A DNA stretch of 64,000 nucleotides. Origin: Azolla caroliniana (lineage: Eukaryota; Plantae; Polypodiophyta). The translations under genes were made by a program, and so were the position numbers. The first letter of the stretch is position 1; every line of letters begins with the position of its first letter. The stretch covers positions 2,232,001 through 2,296,000 of the forward strand of contig JBHGNT010000004.1 in NCBI GenBank assembly GCA_043228905.1, given 5' to 3'. Below are positions 12,731 through 24,670 of this stretch, one piece after another. The notes under the pieces are model-generated. The model did no database searches and was not told where the DNA came from. It saw nothing but the letters and a program-made list of their open reading frames with translations.

Positions 12731-15700
12731 TCAGCTGGGCCCGAACTGATCGTCGTTGTCGCTCCCGCTCGCAGGCTCCGGCTCGTCTTCGAACCTCTCC
12801 TTAAACGCTTTGATCCGCTTCCCGACCACCGGCACTGCTAGCCGTGTCCCGTCGAGTTCCGCGAGGTGGTACGTGCCGTTGTCATTTGCGCTCAAACCGA
12901 GTAGGGCCCGAACCACCTCCTAGCAAACTTTCACACCGCCTTGTGCTAATTGTCGAGGCTGCTATCGTACACCAAGACCCATTCGCCTTCCTCAATCTTC
13001 TTTGTTCGCAACCGGTGTGTCCGGTTGAACCGGGTCTTGTTCCGCTCCCTTGCCGCCCGTAGCTTTTCCTTCGCCCTTTTTATGTCCTCTGGCCTCCACT
13101 CGAGTTGCCGAATCTACGCCGCCAGCAACTCCTCCCGACTCATCTTGTCCTTCCAATCTACCGCCGCCCATGAAGAAACCGTCCGTTCCACCGGCATGAT
13201 CGGTTTCTGTCTGTACATCAGCTCTGCCGGCACTGTCACCGAACTGTGCGTAGTTCGGTCTGCCCATAGTGTGTAAGGAAGGAGCCACGCCCAATTCCCG
13301 ACCTGCCCTCCGCATGCACGCACCAACACCTTTACGATCGGCCCGTGTCCACGTTCTACCTTCCCGTTCGCCTCCGGATTGTACGCCGTAGTGAGGGAGA
13401 GTTTGACGCCCAACTGGTCGAACAACTCCTCAGCTTCTTGCGCATCTAGCTCTCCCCGGTCCGCCACGATCCTCCCGACGCACCCGTACCGACACACTAC
13501 CTCTTCGATCAGGAAGCGGCATACCGCCGCGGTTGTCTTGTTCTGCAGTGCACAACTATCCACCTGGTTTGTTAAGTCTTCTCGCGCAAGCAGCAGGTAC
13601 CGCATTTGTCCTACTCCCATCGGCATCGTCATCAAGTCTACCATCCACTTGAAATGGACCGTAGGCGGGTAGGTCGGGTGTAGCTCGTCCCGATGTCGGA
13701 CCACGAAGTGCATCTGACAGCTTTCGCAAGTCGTTACGAACCGATGCACGTCGCGGTACAACCCCGGCCACCAGTACTTCTCCTTCAGCTTCTCGAATGT
13801 GGCCCACGTTCCGCGGTGCCCGGCCCAGGGACTCTCGTGAAATGCTGCCAGTAGTACTTCTTGTTCTTCTTTCTTTGCCACTACTCGGAGCGGGATGCTG
13901 TTTTTCTTCTTTGGGTGGCTCCATATACATCCGTCCCGCATGAAGAATCGGTACGCCTTCTTCTGTACCCGGCTCGCCTCTTCTCTCGTCCACGCTGCGT
14001 CCAACGTCATCACCCGTAGGAACCTCCCGATTTGGAGCCACTCCCCGTCGTACCTGTTCTCGTCAAATTCGTTAAGCGCCGGAGTGTCCCCTTTCCTCAT
14101 CGTTACGTTAACCGACCCGAAGAAGTCCTCGCTGACTTCTTCATCATCCGAAACCATGTCGTCTTCGTCATTGAACCTCACTCTCGAAAGCATGTCGGCC
14201 ATGGCGTTATCTTTTCTGGAGATGTGTTGTATCTCCGGGTTTAGGGACTTAATGTACGCTATCCACCGGAGCATTGTTAGGTCCGGCGTCGCACATCCGG
14301 AAACCATGTCGAGTATATGCAAGCAGTCCGTCTCGATGATCACCTCCGTCCCGATCAGATAGTCCTTGTCGGCTTTGACTGCCGAAACGATACCCCAAAG
14401 CTCGCGCTTAACTTGGGTGTATCCTCGCTGCCTCTTGCTCAATACCTTCGCCCCAAACCGGATTGGGAACCGTACGCCGTCCTTGTCCTCCTGACTGATT
14501 ACCCACCTGATCCTGGTTGGGCTCGTGTCCACCATCACGCAAATGGGGACATCCTTGCCGTAAACCGCTTTTCTAAGAGCCGGTGCTACCGTAAGTGCCT
14601 CCTTTAGTCTCCGTGTGCTCCGTCCTCCACTCAAAGCTACGCCCCTTTTTCAATAGTCCGTTGAGGGGTTCCGCGACATGTGCGTAGTGCGGGATCCAGA
14701 TGTGGTAGAACGCGCATGCACCCAAGAATCTGCGGACCTTCGTAACCGACCCGCAACAGTTCCTCATCACGGAGATGGCCTCTACCTTTGCCGGAGACGG
14801 TTTCCTAACGTAAGGCCCGCATAGGTGTTTGACCACCAGGATCTCCGACTATCCGAACACCGATTTTTCTCCGGAGAAGGTGAGTCGTGCGTTTTCAAGC
14901 CTCTACAACACCTTCTCGCAATCGTTGATGTGGTTTATGAGGAACCTCCGGCATCCGTCTGGCCCGACGGTCTCGTCCGCGTCATCCACCGGACACCCCT
15001 TTATCGGGATGTCGTCCAAGAATGGCATGGTGATCTCCGGGATGCAGTCACTTAGCACCTTGTTCATTGCGTTCACCATATGCGCCACCGAATTTGTCCC
15101 ACCTTGTGGTAGGGTACACATTCGTACCAGGCTGAGAGGGGTTCGCATTGTCGTGATATCCCTGCTCTCCACGGCTAGCTGGAACTAGTCGTACCCCAAG
15201 TATAAGTCACCGACCGAATAGATCGACCTTCCAGCGAAGACCTCCGCGAACTCATCTATGGTCGGTCCGATTCCTGCGTTACGGATGGTCACCCTGTTGA
15301 CCTGTTGCAGGTCCTGAATGAATCGTAGTGTGTCGTTCTTCTTTGGCACCGTAAACCACCGGTTCGAATACGGGGCACTTGACGGCTCGAGGATGCCCAT
15401 CTCCACCCTCTGCTTCAGAAGCTCCATCAACTTCGGGATGTGAGCTCTCGGCACCGGAATTGCTTTGAGATTCCACGGTACATGAGGTATCGTGAAGATC
15501 ACCATCGGTTCAACGATCATTGGGTCCACGCACCCGATCTCCTTTACCAAACTGATCGTCGTCGTTACTCTCGCTCGCCGGCTCCGGCTTGTCTTCGAAC
15601 CGCTTCTTGAACTCTTTGATCCGCTTCCCGGCCCCCGGCACCGTTACCCGGGTACCGTTGAGTTCCGCAAGGTGGTACGTGTCGTTGTTGTTCGCGCTCG

Positions 15701-18700
15701 TCACCGTGTAGGGCCCGAACCTTCTCCTAGCGAACTTTCGCACCACCTTGTACTGATTGTCGAGGCTTTTGTCGTATACCAAGACCCAGTCGCCTTCCTC
15801 AATCTTCTTTGGTTGCAACCGGTGCGTCTGGTTGAACTGCGTCTTGTTGTAGTGAGGGAGAGTTTGACCCCTAGTCGGTCGAACAACTCCTCATCCTCCC
15901 TCGCATCCAGCTCTCCCCGGTCCGCCACGATCCTCCCGACGCACCCGTACCGGCACACTACCTCTTCGATCAGGAACCGGCATACTGCCACAGTTGTCTT
16001 GTTCTGTAGTGCACGGCCTTCCACCTGGTTCGTTAAGTCTTCTCGTGCAAGCACCAGGTATTGCATCTGTCCTACTCCCATCGGCATCGTCACCAAGTCT
16101 ACCACCCACTTGAAATGGAGCGTAGGCGGGTAGGTCGGGTGTAGCTCGTCCTGATGTCGGACCATGGAGTGCATCTGACAGCTTTCGCAAGTCGTTACGA
16201 ACCGATGCACATCTCGATACAGCCCCGGCCACCAGTACTTCTCCTTCAGCTTCTCGAATGTGGCCCACGTTCCGTGGTGCCCGGCCCAGGGACTCTCGTG
16301 AAATGCCGCCAGTAGTCCCCCTTGTTCTTCTTTCCTTGCCACTACTCGGAGCGGAATGTCATTTTTCTTCTTTGGGTGCCTCCATATACACCCGTTCCGC
16401 AGCAAGAATCGGTATGCCTTCTTCCGCACCCGGCTTGCCTCTTCTCTCGTCCACGCTGCATCCGGCGTCATCGCCCGTAGAAACTTCCCGATTTGGAGCC
16501 ACTCCCTGTCGTACTTGCTTTCGTCAAATTCGTTAAGCGTCGGAGTGTCCCCTTTCCTCGTCGTTATGTCGTCTTCGTCGTTGAACCTCACTCTCGAAAG
16601 CATGTCAGCCATGGCGTTATCCTTTCCGTATATGTGCAGTATCTCCGGGTTCAAGGACTTAACGTACGCTATCCACCGGAGCATTGCTAGGTCCGGCGTC
16701 GCGCATCTGGAAACCATGCCGAGTATCGGCAGGCAGTTCGTCTCGATCATCCCCAAACGATACCCCAAAGCTCACGCTTAACTTTGGTGTATCCTCACTG
16801 CTGCTCGCTCGATACCTTCGCCCCGAACCGGATCAGGAACCGTACGCCATCCTTCTCTTCCTGACTGATCACCCACCCGATCCCAGTCGGGCTCGTGTCC
16901 ACCGTCACGCAAACGGGGACATCCTTGTCGTAAACCACTTTTCGGAGAGCTAGTGCTACCGTATGCGCCTCCTTTAGTCTCCGTACCAACTCTGTGTGCT
17001 CCTTCCTCCACTCAAAGCTACGCCCCTTTTTCAATAGTCTGTAGAGGGGTTCTGCGACATGTGCGTAGTGCGGGATCCAGATGTGGTAGAACGCGCATGC
17101 ACCCAAGAATCTGCAGACCTCCGTAACCGACCCGAAATCGTTCCTCATCGCGGAGATGGCCTCTACCTTTGCCAGAGAAGGTTTCCTACCGTAATGCCCG
17201 CACAGGTCTCCGACCACCAGGATCTCCGACTGCCCGAACGCCGATTTTTCGAGCCTCTCCAGCACCTTCTCACAGTCGTTGATGTGGTTCACGATGAACC
17301 TCTGACATCCGTCTGTCCTGACAGTCTCGTCCGCATCCTCCACCGGACACCCCTTTATCGGGATGTCATCCAAGAATGGCATGGTGATGTCCGGGACACA
17401 GTCCCTTAGCACCTTGTTCATTGCGTTTACCATATGTGCCACCGAATTTGTCCCTCCTTGTGGTAGGGTACACATTCGTACCAGGCCGAGAGGAGTTCGC
17501 ATCGTCGTGATATCCCTGCTCTCCACGGCTAGCTGGAACTGGTCGTACCCCGAGTATAAGTCACCAACCGAATAGATCGATCCTCCAGCGAAAGCCTCTG
17601 CGAACTCATCTATGGTCGGTCTGATTCCTGCATTACGGATGGTCATCCTATTGACCGGTTGCAGGTCCTGAATGAAGCGTAGCGTGCCGTTCTTCTTCGG
17701 CACCATAAACCACCGATTCGAATACGGGGCACTCGATGGTTCCAGGATGCCCATCTCCACCTTCTGCTTCAAAAGCTCCATCAACTTCGAGATGTGAGCT
17801 CTCGGCACCGGAATCGGTATGAGATTCCACAGTACATGCGGTACCGTGAAGATCACCATCGGTTCGACGATCGTCGGGTGCACGCACCCGATCTCCTCCA
17901 GGGAGAACGCGAAGGCTTTCCCATGCCTTCCGAGCATTCTCTGAAACCTGTCCTCCTCCGCCAGCAGTAGGAAACCACCCCCACCGACCTTGAGCTCCCA
18001 TATCATTATGTCGTTGAACCGGTGCCCTATGCCAGCCAGATTCCGTAAACTTGGGTCCGATGCGACCCCTTTTATCCGCTCCTCGCTGCCCTCCGGCAAG
18101 GGTGCCGCGACTGGCCTCACCTTCCGGTCCACAGTCTTGTACTTTGTATCCACGTGGGCCGTCTGATCCGACCCGATCCTTTCCCCGAAGTCCGCGATGA
18201 CTTCGTACATTCCCATCGAACTAACCGGAACGGTCCGGTCTTCTCTAAGGTCTTCACCGATCACCTTTTGCAACTCGCCCAAGGTGTCGTCAAAAGAGAC
18301 CGCCTCCACGGCGCCGCTGATCTCTTCATTGGAGGAGAGGACTCCGCATCCCCTGAGCTGCTCCTCCGCTCGCTTCCTTTCCCGGCCGCTGGCGCTGGCT
18401 ATAGTACAACCTCTGTCTTTGGAGAAGCAAAACTTCCCACCTACTGTACATTTGTGGGATTCTTCCTGTACGTCCGGACTACCGCGGCACCATGCCTTGT
18501 TAGCCCTCTCTAAAAGTCCCCTCGGTTGTCGCCGCCAACGGTCTCGCGATTCCTCTCATGGTTCGGACGTACGGTCATGAATTGGAGGGAATGTCGACCG
18601 TCCTGGCTCTTGACGCGCGCATACGCCAAAACGTTGTCCAACACCTTCATCTCCATGCATGCTGTCGTAATGTATGGTTCGCCGAGAATCACCGGGTGCG

Positions 18701-18798
18701 AGGATGTTTCCTACACGAAGAAATGTTGATCTATCTCGACATCACCGACCTTTACACGTATATTCAAGCACGCACCATGCAACTCCTCCGTAGCACGC
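12731..18798 (-). pseudogene. pol of B, with a tandem duplication of RT-RH-IN (about 12741-15543 and 15547-17897)
   Basis: Two successive RT-RH-IN sets; junction near 15545 fuses the IN C-terminus to EIGCVDP. Confidence 0.9.
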
Positions 18799-19445
18799 TG
18801 TCGCGTTACTACGCGTGTGCGTGGGAAAATGAGGAGGGACCACCGGGGTCTTGAACCGAAGAGCAGGTGATAGAAGGGGGAAGAGAAGGAGAGAGACGCT
18901 CGGTCACTTATGAGCAAAGAAACACAGGGGCGTGGCCCGTCAACACAGAGGACGCGAATGGACACAGAGATAGGGAGACAAGTGTTTGTAAATTAACGAA
19001 TAACAAGTACACAGCAGAACACGCGAGCGGCTACAACCGAACAGGCCGGCGAACAGATGTCGATGCATGTTCGTCTTTGCACGAAATGGGGATAGGATGG
19101 AGGTGCTGCCGGAAGCACACGAGTGTTCCTCGAAGCAGCGCGAGCCTCCCTAAACCTGCAGAGAAGAGCAACAGAGAACAGACAGAGGAGAAGCGTTCGG
19201 TTCCGGTCCGACAGCACTTCGTCCTCCTGAATGCGCGCCCCTTTCTCCCTGTGTCTCCCTCTCCTTTATATCGTTAAGAAGGGAGCCGTCTCCCTCCTTT
19301 ACTTCCTACCTACCGAATCTAACTACCCCCGGATATGCCTTCATACTTAATTCTCTATTATATACATTAAGGGCGCGCACACGTGAAGAGCCGGTTCACG
19401 CACGCTATGCACCGATTGCGCCAAGGGACGGTTTTCTTCACGACA
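18799..19445 (-). repeat. 3' LTR of D
   Basis: Matches 37352-38000; PPT adjacent. Confidence 0.9.
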
Positions 19446-19494
19446 TCCGCCCCCACCTAACCGCGCATCCACCGGTATGCACCAAAATGGGGTT

Positions 19495-22400
19495 CTAGTT
19501 GGAGAAAACCGGCCCGGGTTCCGGTTCCTCGTCCATCGGTTCGTCCTCCGCCTCGGACTGATCATCATCGTTGTCCAGGCCTCTTAGATCCGGTTCGCCG
19601 TCGTGGCGCTTCTTGAACACTTTGATCCGCTTCCCCGCCACTGCTATCGCCATCCTCGTACCGTTGACTTCCGCCAGGTGATACGTCCCGTTGTCGTTGG
19701 CGCTCGTTACCACGTAAGGCCCGAACCACCGCTTTGCAAACTTCCATGTTGCTCGATGCTGGTTGTCGAGGCTGTTGTCGTAGACTAGCACCCAGTCGCC
19801 TTCCTCAATTCTCCTTGGTCTGAGCCAGTGCGTTCGGTCGAACCGGGCTTTGTTCTTCATCCTCGTCGTCCGCAGTCTCTCCACCGCTCGTTCCACGTCC
19901 TCTAGCCTCCGCTCGAGCTGCCGTATACGCGCCGCTAACAGTTCTTCCCGACTCATTTCGTCACTCTATTCTACTGTCACCCAAGAGGAGATCGTCCGTT
20001 CCATCGGCATGATCGGCTTCTACCCGAACATGAGCTCTGACGGCATGAACCCGGTTACCGAACTGTGCGTTGTCCGGTCCGCCCACAAGGCGTAAGGTAA
20101 CAGCCATGGCCAGTTCCCACCTGGTCTCCGCATGCCCGGACTAGCGCTTTGACGATTGGCCCGTGCCCGTGCTCTACCTTCCCGTTTGCCTCCGGATTGT
20201 ACGTTGTGGTGAGCGAGAGCTTGACCCCTAACCGGCTGAACAGCTCCTTGGCCTCTTCGGCGTCCAACTCCCCGCGGTTAGCCACGATCTTTCCGACGCA
20301 TCCGTACCGGCATATCACGTCCTCAATCAGGAACCGACACACGGCCGCGGTCGTTCTGTTCTGCATGGCTCGGCCTTCCACCTGGTTCGTCAGGTCCTCC
20401 CGGGCCAGCACTAGATATCGCATCTGGCCTACGCCCATCGGCATCGTCACCAAATCTACCATCCATTTGAAGTGGATGGCCGGAGGGTAACTAGGGTGAA
20501 GCTCGTCCCGATGTCAGACTATGGAGTACACCTGACAACTCTCACAAGTTGTCACAAACCGATGCACGTCTCGGTACAGTCCCGGCCACCAGTACTTCCC
20601 CTTTAGTTTCTCAAACGTGGCCCACGTCCCACAGTGTCCAGCCCAGGGGCTGTCGTGGTAGGCTTTCAGCAATTCCTCCTGTTCCTCCTTCGTCGCCACT
20701 ACTCGGAGCGGGATGCCGTTCCTCTTCTTCGGGTGCTTCCACAAGTATCCGTCCCGGAGAAAGAACCGGTACGCTTTCTTCCGAATCCGGTTGGCCTCGT
20801 CCCTTGTCCACGATGCGTCCGGCATCATTGTCCTTAAGAATCCCCCAATCTGCAGCCACTCCCCGTCGTACTTGCTCTCGTTGAAATCGTTAAGCGCCGG
20901 AGTGCTCCCCCCCTCGGTTGTTATGTAAGCTGCCTCGAAGAAGTCTACGCCGACTTCCTCGTCCTCTGAAACCATGCCGCCCTCGTTGTTGAATCGCGCC
21001 CTCGAAAGCATGTCGGCCATGGCATTGTCTTTCCCGGAAATGTGTCGTATTTCCGGATCCAGAGACTTGATGTACGCTATCCACCTGAGCATCGCCAGGT
21101 CCGGGGTTGCGCATCCGGAAACCATGCCGAGAATCGGCAGGCAGTCCGTCTCGATAATCACCTCTGTCCCAATTAGATAGTCTTTATCGGCCTTTACCGC
21201 CGAAACGATACCCCAGAGTTCGCGTTTAACCTGGGCGTATCCTCACTGTCGCTCGCTGAGGACCTTCGCGCCGAACCGGATTGGGAACCGGATGCCGTCC
21301 TCGTCTTCTTGGTTGACGACCCATCCGATCCCGGTCGGACTCGTATCTACCGTTATGTAGACGGGAGTGCCTTTCTCGTAGACAGCCTTCCGGAGTGCCG
21401 GAGCCGCAGCAAGAGCCTCCTTCATCTTTCGCACCGACTCCGTATGCTTGTCTCACCACTCGAATTTTCGCCCCTTTTTTAGCAACCTGTATAGCGGCTC
21501 GGTAACGTGGGTGTAATGTGGGATCCATATGTGGTAGAACGTGCATGCTCCCAAGAACCTCCGTACCTCCGTGACCGAGTTACACTCGGACTTCATTGCG
21601 GAGATGGCTTCTACCTTTGCTGGAGACGTTTTCCGGCCATACGGTCCGCATAGATGTCCGACGACCATGATCTCTGATTGCCCGAAGGCCGATTTTTCCC
21701 CGAAGAAGGTGAGCCTCGCGTCCTCTAGCCTCTGCAGCACCCTCTCGCAGTCGTCAATGTGTGTCGCCACGAATTTCCGGCATCCGTCCGGTCCGATCGT
21801 TTCGTCCCTTTCTTCCACCGGACATCCTTTGATTGGGATGTCATCCAAGAATGGCATGGTGATGTCCGGGATACAATCCCTCAGCACTTTGTTCATCGCA
21901 GTCACCATGTGGGCCACCGAGTTCGTCCCTCCTTGCGGCAAGGTGCACATCCGCACTAGGACGAGAGGAGTCCGCATCGTCGTAATGTCTCTACTTTCTA
22001 CGGCTAGTTGGAACTGATCGTACCCCGAGTACAGATCACCGACCGAGTAGATCGACCTTACGGCGAAGGCCTCCACGAACTCGTCTATCGTTGGTCCGAT
22101 TCCTGCGTTCCGAATGGTCACTCTGTTGACCGGCTGCAGGTCTTGAATGAAGCGCAACGTCCCGTTCTTCTTCAGTACAGTAAACCACCGGTTCGAGTAC
22201 GGGGCACTCGACGGTTCGAGGATGCCCATATCGACTTTCTGCCTCAATAGCTCCATCAACTCCGGGATGTGAGCTCTCGGTACCGAAATTGGCTTGAGAT
22301 TCCATGGTACATGCGGTACCGTGAATATCACCATCGACTTCACGACTGTCGGGTCTACGCACCCGATTTCTTCCGGCGAGAATGCGAAGGCTTTCCCGTG

Positions 22401-23235
22401 CCTTCCGAGCATTCTCCGAAACCAGTCTTCTTCCGCCAGCAGTAGGAACCCGCCGCCACCGATTTTGAGCTCCCGTAGCGTTCTGTCGGTGAAGGTGTGT
22501 CCTATGCAAGCCGGATCACGTAAACTGGGGTCCGACGTGACCCCTTCGATTCGCAACTCGCTGCCCTCCGGTAATGGTGCCGCGACTGGCCTTACCTTCC
22601 GGTCCACAGTTTTGTACTTCGTGTTAACCCGAGCCGTCCGATCCGACTCGAGCCCTCGACTAAAGTCCGCGATGACTTCATACATCTCTTCTGAACAAAC
22701 CGGTATCGTCCGGTCCTCTTTAAGGCCCTCTCCGACCACCTCTCGCAGTATTCCGAAGGTATCGTCGAAGGAGACCGCCTCCACAGCTCCGTTGATTTCC
22801 TCGCTGGGCCCGAGAATTCCGCACGCCCGAAGTCGCTCTTCCGCCCTTGTCTTTTCTCGGCCTACGACGCCGACTATCGTACACCCTCCGTTGTCGGAGA
22901 AACAAACCTTCCTACTTATGGTACAAGGATTCTTTGGTTTTGCTTCTATCGTACATTTGTGGGGTTTTCCCGGAGTGTCCGGACGGTCGCAGCCCCACGC
23001 CTTGGCAGCCCTCTCTAAAAATCCTCTCGATTCTCGCCACCAAGGGACTCGCAGTTTCGCTCGTGGTTGGGTCGTACTGTCAGGAACTGGACCGAATGAC
23101 GCCCGTCCTGACTCTTGACCCTCGCGTAAGCCGACCCGTTGTCCAGCACCTTGGTCTCCATTCGCGCCGCCGTAATGTACGATTCCCCTAGAATGACCGG
23201 GTGCGAGGACATTTCCTGCACAAAGAAATGTTGGT
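19495..23235 (-). pseudogene. Protease C-terminus and RT-RH-IN of D
   Basis: Full set of RT/RH/IN motifs, with a few stops and frameshifts. Confidence 0.9.
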
Positions 23236-23589
23236 GGGTGAAAGCATGCGAGTGGAAACAATTAGCTATGTCCTTGACATAGCTAATTAGCTATGCAAAA
23301 AGCTACCATTGATAAATAGTCATTTTAGTAAAAAGCCATCATTAATAAATTAAGTATGCAAAAAACTACCATTGAAAATACTAGAGTGTTTTAATTACAT
23401 ATGTAAATGAGTGCCATAAATGTGCAACATAAATTGATGTGTGCACCATAAATGTGTACCATAAATTATATATCGAATTCCTAGGTCCATTATGCATGAT
23501 CCTTTGCCACATCACGTAGGCCATCTCTAGTTGAGTACTGTGGGTTAGTTGCTACCACTGTTGCTAAACCCTATCGAGTCCACCTGCCG

Positions 23590-24440
23590 CCACTCTACAC
23601 TAAGGGGCCGCTACTGTGCGTTCCAAGCATCATCAAAGAGCTGCTCAATCTGACGGGGTTCTCTTCTCTGTGACACTCTACACTCAGGGGCCACTACTGT
23701 GCATTCCAAGCATCATCAAAGAGCTGTTCAATCTGACGGGGTTCTCTTCTCTGTGCCACTCTACACTCAGGGGCCATTACTGTGCGTTCCAAGCATCATC
23801 AAAGAGCTGTTCAATCTGAGGGGGTTCTCTTCTCTGTGCCACTCTACACTCAGGGGCCATTACTGTGCGTTCCAAGCATCATCAAAGAGCTGTTCAATCT
23901 GAGGGGGTTCTCTTCTCTGTGCCACTCTACACTCAGGGGCCGCTGCTGTGCGTTCCAAGCATCATCAAAGAGCTGTTCAATCTGACGGGGTTCTCTTCTC
24001 TTTGCCACTCTACACTCAGGGGTTGCTACTGTGCGTTCCAAGCATAATCAAAGAGCTATTCAATCTGACGGGGTTCTCTTCTCTTTTCCACTCTCACTCA
24101 GGGGCCGCTACTGTGCGTTTCAAGCATCATTTGTAACTGTTCAATCTGACGGGGTTCTCTTCTCTTTTCCACTCTCACTCAGGGGCCGCTACTGTGCGTT
24201 TCAAGCATCATTGGTAACTGTTCAATCTGACGGGGTTCTCTTCTCTATGCCACTCTATTCTCAAGTGCCTTCTATGTGCGTTTCAAGCATCATCGGTAAC
24301 TGTTCAATCTGACGGGGTTCTCTCCTCCATTGCCATCATTCTATACTCAGTTGCCACTACTGTCCAGTCCCGGATTGCTTCCACATTTCGATTTGACGGA
24401 GTTCACTCATCCAACGGCAACATTCTACACTCAGTTGTTG
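23590..24440 (+). repeat. 83-bp subterminal tandem repeat, about 10 units, degenerating rightwards
   Basis: Unit CTCTACACTCAGGGGCC...TCTCTTCTCTGTGCCA; 83-bp periodicity also visible in the ORF track (23616, 23699, 23782, ...). Confidence 0.9.
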
Positions 24441-24670
24441 CCATTGGTCGGTCTTGGATCGCCTCCTCAACTGTTGGATCCAACAGAGTGAAATCCTCTA
24501 CTGTTCGGTCTTGGATTGCAATAACTTTTCTGTCTATTGATTATCTTGTGTATTGTTGTGTCTAATCTTGTGTATTGTGTGGAATATTTTTGTGTATTGT
24601 TGTTGCCCATAGCCATCTTTAATACTTGTTTTTTTTTCTGGAAATTTAGGGTTTTAACATGTCTAGCCAA

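Noticed and set aside
23616-24312. Series of short ORFs (MRSKHHQRA...)
   Set aside because: By-products of the 83-bp tandem repeat.
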